64,000 nt of DNA, taken from positions 26,722,001 to 26,786,000 of the forward strand of contig NC_043018.1 in the NCBI RefSeq assembly GCF_006345805.1, written 5' to 3'. The position numbers and the translations under genes were made by a program. The notes below the pieces were generated by a model that had not been told where the DNA came from, made no database searches, and was given only the letters and a program-made list of their open reading frames with translations. The stretch is from Octopus sinensis. Lineage: Eukaryota. Positions 51,032-64,000 of the stretch are shown in pieces. Positions within the stretch are counted from its first letter, which is position 1; each line of letters opens with the position of its first letter.

Positions 51032-51898
51032 TTCCATGTAACCACAACAGAAGCTACACAATCAATTCCATGTAGCTACAACATAAGTTGCTGGAAAAAA
51101 TAGGTGGCATTGGCTGATGAAAGGAACACTAAAAAAAGAGACCAAAAGCACTATACTGGCAGTGCAAGACCAAGCTTTGGCCACAAACTTGAGGGTCAAC
51201 CTTAGGAATGGGCAAGTGTCTCTGCTGTGACGCATCTGCAATAGAGTGGATGAAACCATTGCCCATATCATGAACAAATGCCCTAGACTTACTTAAAACC
51301 ACTACACGTTGTGGTGACATGATCAGGTGTTGAAAGTGCTACATTTGAAACTGTGTGAAAAGTGGGGTCTAGTGAGAGGCAAGACATGGTATGAGCACAA
51401 ACTGCAGAGAGTGGCAGAGTCAAAGACTTGTAGAATCCTCTGGAACTTCCCAATCTAAGTAGATCAGGTGCTAGAACATAACAGACCGGACCTAGTGGTG
51501 GTGGACAAGGTGCACCACATATGCTATATAGTTGATGTTGCATGTCTCTTTGAGCCACAAATAGTCAAGAAGGAAGACAAAAAGATAGATAAATACAACC
51601 CTCTTAATCACGAAATAGCCCAGATATGGAAAAAGAATAAGGTGAAGATAGTGTCAATTATTGTTGGGTCCTCGGGGACAGTAACAGAAGGCATCAAGAA
51701 GGATATAAAGGAAATTGGAATAGAGTACCCAGTAGAACTTTTACAAAAGGTTTGCCTTCTTGGCACATCTAGAATAATCAGGAACATATTAGATAGCTGA
51801 AAAGACCAGATAACATGGTACCGTAGACTGCAGGTAGTAAGTCTGCTACGCATGTAAGACTCCAGGAGCTCCAACAAGAACTGTGATAAGGATAAAAT
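51032..51898 (+). mobile_element. R4/Dong-like RLE LINE 3' fragment (third family)
   Basis: TILAVQDQALATN; RICNRVDETIAHIMNKC; HNRPDLVVVDK...VDVAC; LLQKVCLLGTSRIIRNIL. Confidence 0.88.
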
Positions 51899-51916
51899 AA
51901 TAAATAATAATAATAA

Positions 51917-52445
51917 TTTTCAATGATGCCTTCAGGTTTGCGAAAAAATTTTTTTTTCACAAACTTGAAGGCATCATTGAAAATAAAAATGCAAAGATCC
52001 TATGGGTTTTTATGATTCAGTATGACCATAAGATAGAGAATAGGAAGCAAGACATAGTCTTAATTGAGAAAGAAAACAAAGTATGCTGGATCATAGATAT
52101 AGCATGCACAGCTGACAAGGTATGCGATAAGGAAGAAAGAAAAGTCGAGAGATATGACAGGTTAGCTTGGGAAGTTAAGCAGTTGTGGTTGATGAAAAAG
52201 GTAGCAGTAGTACCAATAATTGTCGGAGCCCTGGGAACAGTGAACAAAAATCTCGAGAGGTACATGGAACAAATAGGGGATTCAATAAGGGTGGAGCACT
52301 TGCAGAAAACAGCACTGCTCGGAACCGCTCGAATACTCTGGAAGGTGCTCGAAAAATAAGAGGTGTTACCTTAGTTCACTGGTAGTGAACAGCTGACACT
52401 GTAGTACATCTCCAGCATTAGAAGCTGTGCATTAGAAGCTGTGTA
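51917..52445 (+). mobile_element. R4/Dong-like 3' fragment (same family as 22075-22735) with a fold-back 5' end
   Basis: Highly similar to 22265-22730; 51917-51983 is a 32-bp-arm palindrome. Confidence 0.9.
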
Positions 52446-52469
52446 ATAATAATAATAATAATAATAATA

Positions 52470-52517
<48 letters not shown>

Positions 52518-52532
52518 TTATAATAATAATAA

Positions 52533-52845
52533 TATGAACATGTAGGAGCACTAGGAATGATCAAGAAGGGAACCGAAAATTATGAGAATGATCCCTGGCT
52601 TACCATCCCTGCAAGAAGTGCAAAAGATTGTCTTAACTGGTACATCACACGTATTGAGAAGAGCATTGTCAATGTGAGAACTGTTGCTGCTCATGTATTT
52701 TAATTTAACTTTAAAAAAAAATGAACGAACTATTGAGTTTAGTTTAATGGCTTACCAATGTATACTATGAGTTTCTTTGCCCTAGGAATCGGGAAGACAC
52801 TCGGCAAAAAATGGAAGCAAATTTGAAAGAAGAAAAAAAAATGAT
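52533..52845 (+). mobile_element. R4/Dong-like extreme 3' fragment (fourth family)
   Basis: VGALGMIKKG...PSLQEVQKIVLTGTSHVLRRALSM* followed by a UTR and (TAA)n. Confidence 0.8.
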
Positions 52846-53496
52846 AATAATAATAATAATAATTGTATCAAATTATGTTCCAAAGGATTAATTGATTATG
52901 CAACTGTGTAAGGGATTAGTCAGTTATTCAACTGCCGTATTTGACTGGCACTTTATTTTATCAACCCTAAATAAGACCAAAAGCAAAGTTGACCTCATCA
53001 GTATTTAAACTCATAACATAAAGACTATAGCAAAAACAACAACAACAACAATGATAATAATAATAATAATAATAATAGTAGTAATAATAATGCTCTCTTT
53101 GTGGTAATTGTTTCCATTGGTATAGTAATCTTAGCGGTTCTTTTCTCCTTCTATCTGCCATCTGCTTCAGTGAATGATCTTATCAAACTGCTGTTCGTTT
53201 TCTCTAAAAGCAGCTCTAGGCTTTACGATGATTTAGGTGACTCACCTTGATCACCAGATGGAGAAAGACAGGTAGATAATTATATATACAAATATATATA
53301 CATGTATGTGTGTGTGTATGCATGTTTGTGTATCTGTGTATGTGTGTGTGTGTGTATGTATGTTTGTGTATCTGTGTATGTGTGTGTGTGTGTGTGTGTG
53401 TACATGTTCATACATATATCTACATAACTATGTGCACACAGACACACACACATACGTTTACATACCTGTGTACATATGTATATGTATATAAATGTG

Positions 53497-53548
<52 letters not shown>

Positions 53549-53746
53549 AATCTCTCTCTCTCTCTTTATATATATATATATTTTTCTTTCTATCTATCTA
53601 TATATATATTTTATGTATATATAAATTGTATATATAGTACATGCATATATTTCCTAAAAAACATACACACACATCATTTAACATCATACATATGTGTATA
53701 CTCACACATGCACACACATAATATATATATATATAATATATATATA

Positions 53747-53800
<54 letters not shown>

Positions 53801-55029
53801 ATATATATACATACCTATAACTATATGTACATATATATACATATATATATTATATATATATATATATACATACCTATAACTATATGTACATATATATATA
53901 TGTATAAGTATGTGTATGTTGATATGTGTGTGTGTGCGCGTGTGTGTGTCTGTGTGGGTATGTATGTATATGTATGTATGAATATATGTATATATGTATG
54001 TATATATGCATACATATATGGAAAAATACATACACACACACACAAACAAACATGCACACACACACACACACACAAATGCACACACACACACACATGCGCA
54101 CGCATACACACTCAGGTATAAAGTATGGGGAATGGGTGTATAGGTAAGATCTTCAATAGATTCCATACATGAGGACTTTAAAAAGGACAGCTGTTGTAAA
54201 TATACATCCTGTTTTGCATTATATGTCATTGGATAGAAATCCCTCATCTCTCATTCTCTCTCTCTCCCCATTTCTCTCTCTCTCTTTATCTCTCTCTCTT
54301 TCTCTCTCTCTCACCCTTTTTCTCTCTCTCTGTGTTTTCCTTAGTTTTGTGTATACTTAACAAGAAATTAGATACAAACTGCTTGTTAAGTTGTAGATTG
54401 CTGATGTAATATATAGCCAGGTTTTGTGTGTGTGTGTGTGTGCACGTGTGTTGGAATATTCTTTTATTTATTCATTCTTTTACTTGTTTCAGTCATTTGC
54501 CAGCAACCATGCTAGGGCACTGCCTTGAAGGGGTTTTAGGCAACCGAAATGACCCCCAGGATTTATGTTTTTAAGCTGATTTCTTATTCTATCAGTTTCT
54601 TTTGCTGAACCACTAGGTTACAGGGACGTAAACACACCAACACTGGTCATCACGTGGTGATGGAGTGACAAACACACACACACACACACACATGCGCACA
54701 CACACAAACTCACACATATATACGATGGGCTTCTTGCAGTTTCCGTCTATGAAATGCACTCATAAGGCCTTTGTCAGCCTGAGGCTATAGTAGAAGACAT
54801 TTGCTCAAGGTGACACGCAGTGGGATGGAACCCAGATTAATGTAATTGGGAATAAAGCTTCATACCACATAGCCACACCTATGCCTATATATGTATATAT
54901 GTTTGTGTGTATATATAATTTATGTATGAATATATGTATATATATATATACATGTGTATATATTTATATATATAGATATATGTGTGTGTGTGTGTGTGAG
55001 TATAGATATAAGTGTATGCATATATATAT

Positions 55030-55200
55030 ATATATATGACTACACTCACGGAGCAGTTGGCGTCAGGAAAGGCATCCAGCCGTAGAAACATTGCCAGATC
55101 AGACTGAGCCTGGTGCAGCCTCCTGGCTTCCCAGACCACATTTGAACCGTCCAACCCATGCTAGCATGGAAAACGGATGCTAAACGATGATGATGATGAT
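55030..55200 (+). mobile_element. SINE 3' part with Nin-like domain and (GAT)n tail; inverted relative at 55610-55730
   Basis: ggcgtcaggaaaggcatccagccgtagaaac ... ccaacccatgctagcatggaaaacgga..taaacgatgatg. Confidence 0.65.
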
Positions 55201-55318
55201 ATATATATGTATGATATATATATGTGTGTGTGTGTGTATGTATGTATATGTGTGTATGTATCTATATATATATGTGTATATATCTGTATGCTTATATGTG
55301 TGTGTGTGTGTGTGTGTG

Positions 55319-55356
<38 letters not shown>

Positions 55357-55363
<7 letters not shown>

Positions 55364-55607
55364 GGTGCATAATTATTGGAGCTTTTTCCAACAAATTTTA
55401 TTCAACAAAAACAATAACAACATGTAACAAAAACATCTTTAAATGATTATTCCGGAGCATATTCACCATCTACTTCAATCACTGATTCCCATTTGTTTGG
55501 CAGACGGTCAGACCGTCATTTAAAGATGTTTTTGTTAAATATTGTTATTGCTTTTGTTGAATAAAATTTGTTGAAAAAAACCCCACTTTAATTATACACC
55601 AACCCAA
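55357..55607. mobile_element. Mariner-derived fold-back MITE
   Basis: TIR ttggattggtgcataatta / taattatacaccaacccaa; ~100-bp inverted arms; the centre encodes LDRLPNKWESVIEVDGEY on the minus strand (transposase C-terminus). Confidence 0.85.
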
Positions 55608-56221
55608 TCATCATCACTATCATCATCATCACCGTTTAACATCCGCTTTCCATGCTAGCTTAGGTTGGACGATTTTGACTGAGGGCTCGCAAACCAGATG
55701 GCTGCACCAGGTTCCGATCTTGATCTGGCAATTAATAGTACAATTAATATTAAAGTTCGGTGATAACTTAACTGTATTATCAGAGTTGTAATTACTAAGA
55801 GAATTGAAATCTAGTGCAGAAAAATTATCATTAGAGTTAATTTCACAATACACATTATCTATTCTATTCTTGTTTATAGATTTAGAATTGAGATATTCCC
55901 TAATTCTCTGTTTATTGTGTGCTGCTATGATCTCAGATTAATTTCTAGTGGTTGAATATGAAAACTTTATACTATGGTGATTAAATAATTTCCCATATTT
56001 CCCATATTGAAGGTGGGAAATATCTATCCAGTGCAACAAAAGATTTTGAAGGATATTAGTAGCTATTGAATACATGAATGGAGCATTATACCAAATAATA
56101 TTTCTTGATCTATTTCTATTATTTATATATATGTTTTACTTAGTATTTACTTTACTAATATTGGATTTTCTCCTACAATAACTTTTATTCTTAATTTATT
56201 ATCATTATTATCATCATTATT

Positions 56222-56785
56222 ATTCAGTAGTCTTATTTTTATCACATGCTTTCATTGCACTACCAAACATAGCTCAGAGTGCATTGGGTATGTGCCTGTG
56301 GGTATTTGTTGTGATGATCTTATTTTTACTGTATTGAAAGTGTTTTACACAGAATGTGTGCAGTGCCTAGCAGTGCTAGTTTCTGTATGTTATATATACT
56401 TGTTAGTCCTGGTGTTTATGTCATGTATTTCTCTGAATATTTCTTTATCATACCCAATGCGCCCACTATGATAGGAATTGTTTCTGATTTTAGATTCTAC
56501 ATTCAAGTTACCTCTATTTCCAGATCTTTGTATTTTGAAAGTTCCTCCATTTCTTTTAGAGAAACATTGTCATCTGCTGGTATTGATACATCGATTAGAA
56601 AGCATTTTTTTCTTGATGATCTCTGACAATGCTTAATGCTTAATGCATTTACTTCCACCTAAATTTTTATCTCTGACAACTATATCCTGCCTATTGGCCT
56701 TAATTTCTCTATCTGTGTGTATTGGCTTATCACATAGTATGGTTGGTTTCTCCTTTTCTGCAAGCTTTTCTGGCATGTGCCATTA
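56222..56785 (-). mobile_element. R4/Dong-like 3' fragment (fifth family)
   Basis: NRPDIVVRDKNL...LIDVSIPADDNVSLKEMEELSKYKDL...IPIIVGALGMI...IQKLALLGTAHIL. Confidence 0.85.
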
Positions 56786-56839
<54 letters not shown>

Positions 56840-56885
56840 ATTATTATTATTATTATTATTATAATTATTATTATTAATATTATTA

Positions 56886-56930
<45 letters not shown>

Positions 56931-57009
56931 TATTATTATTAATTTATTATCATTATTATTATTATTATTATATTATTATTATTATTATATTATTATTATT
57001 ATTATTATT

Positions 57010-57110
57010 ATTATCATCATTATTATTTTACTGTCTTTGCACAGCTTCTAATACTGGAGATGTACTACAGTGTCAGCTGTTCACTACCAGTGAACTAAGG
57101 TAACACCCCT
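57010..57110 (-). mobile_element. Solo 3' UTR of the 22075/51917 LINE family
   Basis: Reverse complement of ggtgttaccttagttcactggtagtgaacagctgacactgtagtacatctccag. Confidence 0.85.
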
Positions 57111-57157
<47 letters not shown>

Positions 57158-57199
57158 CAATAATAATAACAATAATAATAATAATAATAATAATGATAA

Positions 57200-57748
57200 A
57201 ATGCCCCGATGCAGTACCAGGCAGTGACTCTCATGGCTTCTGATCTTAACTGATTGAAAGTGTTATCATGTACATTGTTTTGTCTTGGTATAAAAGATGG
57301 GCTACTGCAAATATTCTGCTCAATACCACAGATTTGCTTTTCAGTTGTTTGACCTTAACCAGTTGACCATGTCCCTTAGTGGCTGACGATATGTGCATCT
57401 CTGATCATGAGCAGAAGTAGTGGGGGAGCATCATAGCCATGTTTTGAGAGCGATTCTGTGAATAATTCACCTCTGAAAACATGGGTGCTTCGTTCACCAT
57501 CCTTAAACAACCCTTATTCAGGGACCTTTCAAGCAGAATGGGTTACTCGACCAGAAGAAAATTCTAACTGGGCCCAACCTGCAAGGTCATGTGCTGTTTA
57601 TCTTGATATGAGATCACCATGTCGCACACATATGGTTGTAATGCATGTGCCTGGAATACCCTTATCAGACGGGTAGTCATGATGGGTATACTGGGTTTTG
57701 TATATTTACCCCAGTGTCACTTTGATGGCATGCACTGCTCTCTCACTC
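57200..57748. mobile_element. Unclassified ~550-bp repeat, full length, in (TAA)n
   Basis: Colinear with 42601-43146. Confidence 0.85.
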
Positions 57749-57779
57749 AATAATAATGATGATGATAATAATAATAATA

Positions 57780-57863
<84 letters not shown>

Positions 57864-57987
57864 TAATAATAATAATAATAATAATAACATAAAGGGTGTT
57901 ACATTATTATTATTAATATTATCATTATTATTATTATTATAATTATTATTATTATTATTATTATCATTATTATTATTATCATTATTA

Positions 57988-58037
<50 letters not shown>

Positions 58038-58877
58038 TAGCATCTACAGATAAAAGCCTATGCATTTTAATTGTATGTTCATCTTCAATATTCAGATTTT
58101 TGCCTATCACATTTGTATCGTTATTCCTCTTGCTTTTATTTAGCTTCGTTAAAAAATTTTTATCTTTATTATACTCCCTATTAAGTTCCAACTTATCTAA
58201 TATTCTGTCATTTCTGAGAAAATTTTATTATTATTATTATTTTGATTCTGGATACAGTAAATTTTATCTTTATATCCAGCTTCAAACGATGCTTGGTTAT
58301 AGAAATTTTGATTTTGTTTAAATTCATTCTCATTTGCTGAAAGTTTCGAGATATGAGTAGATTTATTTTTAATGATGGAATTTATTATGCTTCTTGGATG
58401 ATTAGAGCTTCTATTTACATATCTTAAGCACACATTTTGCTTATGATATGGTTGGTATAGTTCAGTACTTAAATCAAGAGAAACATCAAGGAAGCCAACC
58501 TTAATATAACCATTTTCTATGGCGATCTACACACTGGGACACTTAAAGAATTTGAAAAGCTCTTTTCTGGACCTTTCTAAATTAACCTTATTCGATCTAT
58601 ATATATATATAGTGAATAGAGCATCATCTCTACATAATCCACTTCCTAATTATATGCTAGCCACAACACACATTTTTTTCTCTCCTTGTTTTTTTTTGTG
58701 TACCTTTCGGTAGAAGAGCGTAGGCTCAAAATGTAAAAGACTTTTTCGATTCCTGAGCGTTATACTAATATATCTATTTGTTTTGTACACCACCTGTCTT
58801 CGTCATTTGATTTTTTTTTCGTAAACTTTCCCATATATATATATATATATATATATGTACAAATATATACATACACA

Positions 58878-58912
<35 letters not shown>

Positions 58913-58956
58913 CTCTTTTACTCATTTCAGCCATGCAGTTGCGTTCATGCTGGAGC

Positions 58957-58998
<42 letters not shown>

Positions 58999-59124
58999 GT
59001 ATATACATGTATTTATATTTATATGTATGTGTGTATATACAGGTATATATATATATATATGTATGTATATACACACACACATATATATGTACATTTGTAT
59101 ACATATATATATTTGTCTTTGTGT

Positions 59125-59470
59125 GCGTGTATGGCTCCATGGCTAGAGTGCAAGGTTCACAATCTTGAGGTAGTGAGTTCAATTCCCAGAGAGGGCTGTG
59201 TGCTGTGTTCTTGAGCAAGACGCTTTATTTCACTTTGTTCCAGTTCACTCAGCTGTAGAAATGAGTCGCGATGTCACTGGTGCCAAGCTGTATCGGCCCC
59301 TTTTGCCTTTCCCTTAGATAACATCAGTGGCATGGAGAGGGGAGACTGGCAGGCATGGGCAACTACTTGTCTTCTATAAACAACCTTGCCTAGACATGTG
59401 CCTGGGAGGGTAACCTTCTGGGTGCAATCCCATTGTCATTCATGACCGACAGGGTTGGGGTGTCTTTACC
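59125..59470 (+). mobile_element. Older tRNA-derived SINE
   Basis: B box gagttcaattccc; ttgagcaagacgctttatttcac core. Confidence 0.7.
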
Positions 59471-60129
59471 CTGTTACATATATATATATGCAAAACACAC
59501 ATGCACACTCACGTATGTATGTGTGTGTGTGCATGCATGTGTGTGTGTATTTGTATGTGTGTGTGTGCATGCATGCATGCATGTGTGTGTGTATTTGTAT
59601 GTGTGTGTGAAGATAATGTGCTTTATTGATGGGAGGACGGATAGTAGTGAATATGCAGAAATAGCAGAGCTGGTGATGGTAATGGTGGTGGTAGTGGTGG
59701 TGGTGGTGGTAGTGGCAGTGGTGCTGGTTGCAGTGGTGGCAGTGGTATTGGTGAGGATGATGATGACAATGATAGTGGTGATGATGTTGCTGGCAATGAT
59801 GTCAACGATAATAACAATGATGTTAACGAAGCTATCATACAATGGGTTACTGAGAAAAGATTATCATAACATGAATTAATGACTTGAGACTTATCATACT
59901 GTGGGTCATTGATATAAGACTAGTCATACTTTGGATTACCATGATATGACCACTTAATGAAGATTACTGAGTTAAGGATTAACGTTAGTAATGCAGATTA
60001 ATGATATAAAGCTCTCACAGTGTGCACCACTGAGATAAATCTATCATCGTATCGGTTATTGATATATCATTATCAGATAGACCATGTTATTGATTTACGG
60101 TAAAATATACAGGTAAAGAACCATTACCA

Positions 60130-60191
60130 TTATCGTCGTCATTGTCATCATCATCGTCATCATCTCATCATCATCGTCATCATACTCATCG

Positions 60192-60229
<38 letters not shown>

Positions 60230-60286
60230 GTCGTCATCGTCGTCATTTCATCATCATCATCATCGTCGTCATCATCATCATCGTAG

Positions 60287-60324
<38 letters not shown>

Positions 60325-60408
60325 GTCATCATCGTCATTTCATCATCATCATCATCATCGTCGTCATCATCATCATCGTAGTCATCATCATCGTCATCAT
60401 CATCATCG

Positions 60409-60443
<35 letters not shown>

Positions 60444-60945
60444 GTAGTCATCATCATCGTCATCATCATCATTGTCATCGTCATCATCATTATCATCATC
60501 ATCGTCGTCATCTCATCATCATCATCATCATCATCATCCTCACAGTGGCAGCAGTGGCTGCCACCAAGACCTTCATTGTCTTCATCACCATCATTGTCAT
60601 ACCCACAACCATCACTACTATCATCATCATCATCATCGTCGTCATCGTCATTGGCATCATCATCATCATCATCTTCATCACCATCATCACTATCATCACC
60701 ATCATTGTCATCATCACCATTATTGATATCATTGTCGTCATCATCACCATCATTATCATCATCGTCGTTGTCGTTGTCATCATCATCATCACCACCATCA
60801 TTGTTATCATCACCATCATTGTCTGCAACATCACCTTCATCACCATATTGCTCGTCATCATCATCATCATTATCATTGTCATCATCGTCGTCACCATTAT
60901 TGTCCTTGTCGTCGTCATCATCACCATCATCATCCCCATCATTTT
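60130..60945. repeat. (CAT)n compound microsatellite
   Basis: Direct inspection. Confidence 0.97.
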
Positions 60946-61332
60946 TGCCAGTTGAGTCACTTGGAGCAGTGTGAAAGGAAGTGTTTTTGCTCAACAGCAC
61001 AACACATCACCTGGTCCAGGAATTGAAACCACCATCTTGCAATCATGAGCACAACACACTCACCACTAAGCCTCCCACCCACACACACACACAACACATA
61101 TCTTTTATTTTTCACTTGTTTCAGTCGTTAGACTGCGACCATGCTGGGGCACTGCTGCGAAGAATTTTAGTCAAGCAAATTGACTCAATACTTATTTAGT
61201 TTTTAGAGCCAGTACTTATTCTATCAATCTCCTTTGCTGAACCACTAAGCTATGGGGATGTAAACACACCACCACCAGTTGCCAAGCCATGGTGGGGGAC
61301 AAACACAGACACAAAGACACACACACACATTC

Positions 61333-61364
<32 letters not shown>

Positions 61365-61432
61365 GTATGTATTATGTATATACATATTCACTTATATATT
61401 CATATATACATATTCACACATATATATATACA

Positions 61433-61468
<36 letters not shown>

Positions 61469-61469
61469 T

Positions 61470-61675
61470 AATCCAAACATGAAAACACAAAGAGAAAACA
61501 CAACAATGCGAGGATGTGGAACAAATATAGTATTATTGGACGCTCAGGAAAGAAGGAAAGAAGGAGGGTTTTATGTTTTGAGCGGAGCTCTTCGTCAGAA
61601 ACATAGGAAAAGGAAAGATCCAAAGAAGGGAAGAAGGAGGAAAAAAATCGCCAACGGTACACACGCGGTTCATGT
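61470..61675 (-). mobile_element. PLE-type terminal repeat with a CpG-decayed hammerhead (61568-61602)
   Basis: GTTT-CTGACGA-A-GAGC tcc GCTC-AAAACATA-AAAC; flanked by (TA)n. Confidence 0.6.
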
Positions 61676-61690
61676 ATATATATAATATAT

Positions 61691-61742
<52 letters not shown>

Positions 61743-62224
61743 CACACGACAAGCTTCTTTCAGTTTATGTTTACCATATCCACTCACAAGGCTTTGTTCA
61801 CCTTGAGGCTATATTAGAAGGCATTTGCCTAAGCTGTCACACTGTGGGACTGAACCTGGAACCATGTGACCATAAAAAGGAACTTCTTATCACACAGCCA
61901 CACCTATACCTACACACACACACACACACACATGTAAGAAATAGGTACAGGTGTTACTTTTGATACTTATTTTAGTCACCTCTCTTGGAATCTTGCGCTT
62001 CATAAATATTACAGACAGTATTTTTAATATAAAGTACATGTTTGAAGAACTAAGAGTGGATTTCGTCGCTCGGATGGGTCTTGTTATCTGCAGACACTGC
62101 AACAATATCATGTGACCAGCACTTATGCACCAGGTCTGATATTTGCTTAATATTGTTGAATGTGCATGTTACTCAGACCTAACAAGGTACCGCAATTAAA
62201 GTACCTAATTCAACTGAATCTTAA

Positions 62225-62272
62225 TTACATATATATATATATATATATGTATGTATGTGTGTGTATGTGTGA

Positions 62273-62323
<51 letters not shown>

Positions 62324-62535
62324 TTATATAGATTGTATGTGTGTATATATATATATATACATACATACATATGTATATATATATATGTATGCATGTAGGT
62401 ATGTATGTATGTATGTATATATATATACATATACACATATATATATGTATATGTATATATACACACACATATATACATACATATACATACATACATACAT
62501 ATACATACATACATATACATACATACACTACTACA

Positions 62536-62625
<90 letters not shown>

Positions 62626-62826
62626 CATATATATATATATATGTATATGCATATGTACATGTATATATATATATATTATATATATATATATATATAATAT
62701 ATATATACATATATATATATACATACCTATATATAAGTGCACTTCATATTATTCATATGGTGCATCAATTTTTCACAAAGCTCAGTTGTTCTTCTCTGGG
62801 TACATGTCTCTCTCTCTCTCTCTCTC

Positions 62827-62900
<74 letters not shown>
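62225..62900. repeat. (TA)n/(TACA)n/(CT)n compound microsatellite
   Basis: Direct inspection. Confidence 0.97.
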
Positions 62901-63306
62901 AGTAAACAACCATATAAATAATAACATTTATAGAACGAGGACCAGATAATAGACTCCATATAATATATAGAAACAATGCGAAAATGTTTCAATGTGTCTC
63001 TCAAAGAACAGCAAGGAATCTGATCGATTGCCGATTCTTTGTAGAAATATTGTTATGATAATTTCGTTATGCCCGTGTTCTAAGTATTCTTCTAATGACT
63101 GACTCAACAACAGACGGAATTGAATAACTGAATAATGAAAATTTTATAAAGAGAATCAGTCACAAGAATCGGTCACAAGTTGATGTTAGTCTGCAATGGA
63201 AGGGATCAGATTGGAGGAGGAGGACTCACATGACAACTGTTGGTATTGTTGTTGCTGCTGTTTTTGGTGGTGGTGGTGATGTTGTTGGTGGTGGTGATGC
63301 TGTTGG

Positions 63307-63339
<33 letters not shown>

Positions 63340-64000
63340 GTTGTTGGTGTTGTTGTTGTTTTTGTTGTTGTTGTGTTGTTGTTGTTGTTGGTGGTGATGC
63401 TGTTGGTGTTGTTGTTGTTGTTGTTGTTGTTGTGTTGTTGTTGTTGGTGGTGGTGGTGGTGATGATGTTCAGTTGGTTTTTGTTGTTGTCGATGTTGTAT
63501 TGTTGTGTTGTTGAAATTATTGTTGTTGTTGTCGGTGGTGGTGGTGGTGGTGATGATGATGGTGATGGTGGTGATGATGTTGTTGAGTCGGTTTTTGTTG
63601 TTCTCGATGTTGTGTTGTTGTTGGTTGCTGTTGGTTGTTGTTGTTGTTAAGCAACAAGACGGATAAGGGTGATTAGGTGGTGGTCTAGGGCTTAGGGGCA
63701 GGAGACCCCAGACCTTGGAAAAAAAAACTTTGGTCATCTTGTTGTAGTCGAGGGCTCTTCGTTGATGCCCGACACCACTGGGAGGTGGCCCTCAAAGTCG
63801 CTGGAAATGGAGATCTCCAGGTCCAAATTCTTGAACGGCTGTTGCTGATGGTGGTGGTGGTGGTGATGTTGTTGATGTTGATGTGTTGTTGAGGATGTTG
63901 TTGTTGGTGATGATGTTGTTGTATTGTTGTTGTTGATGCTGCTGCTGTTGGTGGCCATGCTGGATCACTGCTTTAAAGGGTTTTAAGTCAAAGTAATCAA

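Larger units (their letters stand above)
55735..58597 (-). mobile_element. Penelope-like element fragment split by (TAA)n-associated insertions
   Basis: 58050-58597: LERSRKELFKFF...KVGFLDVSLDL...YVNRSSNHP...AGY. 55735-56200: RSRNIIWYNAPF...LDRYFPP...KLFNHHSIKFSYS. Oppositely oriented terminal repeat at 58610-58835. Confidence 0.75.

Noticed and set aside
53200-53280. GTGAGT donor-like site on the minus strand
   Set aside because: No acceptor or open frame upstream of it.
61980-62100. Possible minus-strand exon CLQITRPIR...IPRE with a GTGACT donor
   Set aside because: Weak acceptor, AT-rich non-protein-like composition, no supporting evidence.

Overview
AT-rich, microsatellite-saturated animal DNA. 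The SINE families and repeat spectrum point to an octopus or other coleoid cephalopod; this is inference, not a database match. Most of the window is intronic or intergenic. It contains: tRNA-derived SINEs of several families; Penelope-like elements (PLEs), including one long decayed copy with an inverted 5' terminal repeat plus many terminal-repeat fragments; R4/Dong-like RLE LINE fragments sitting in (TAA)n; an RTE fragment; three mariner remnants and a mariner MITE; fragments of DD37D-like, hAT (Buster/Charlie-like) and Merlin transposons; tandem non-autonomous Helitrons; a DINE-1/HINE-like element; and several minisatellites. The only convincing host coding piece is a terminal exon on the minus strand (38295-38524). 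The most notable signals are three. (1) At least six different minimal type-I hammerhead-like motifs occur in PLE terminal repeats, several as back-to-back inverted pairs. They include a canonical core, a U3-A8 compensatory core, a U4C core and an extra-A core. (2) A decayed, intronless, ~330-codon ORF of unknown identity (12620-14291, minus) re-joins in frame when two SINEs are removed. (3) An unclassified ~550-bp (TAA)n-associated repeat is present in three copies. Most ORFs in the supplied track are microsatellite read-through. All alignments and folds were done by eye.
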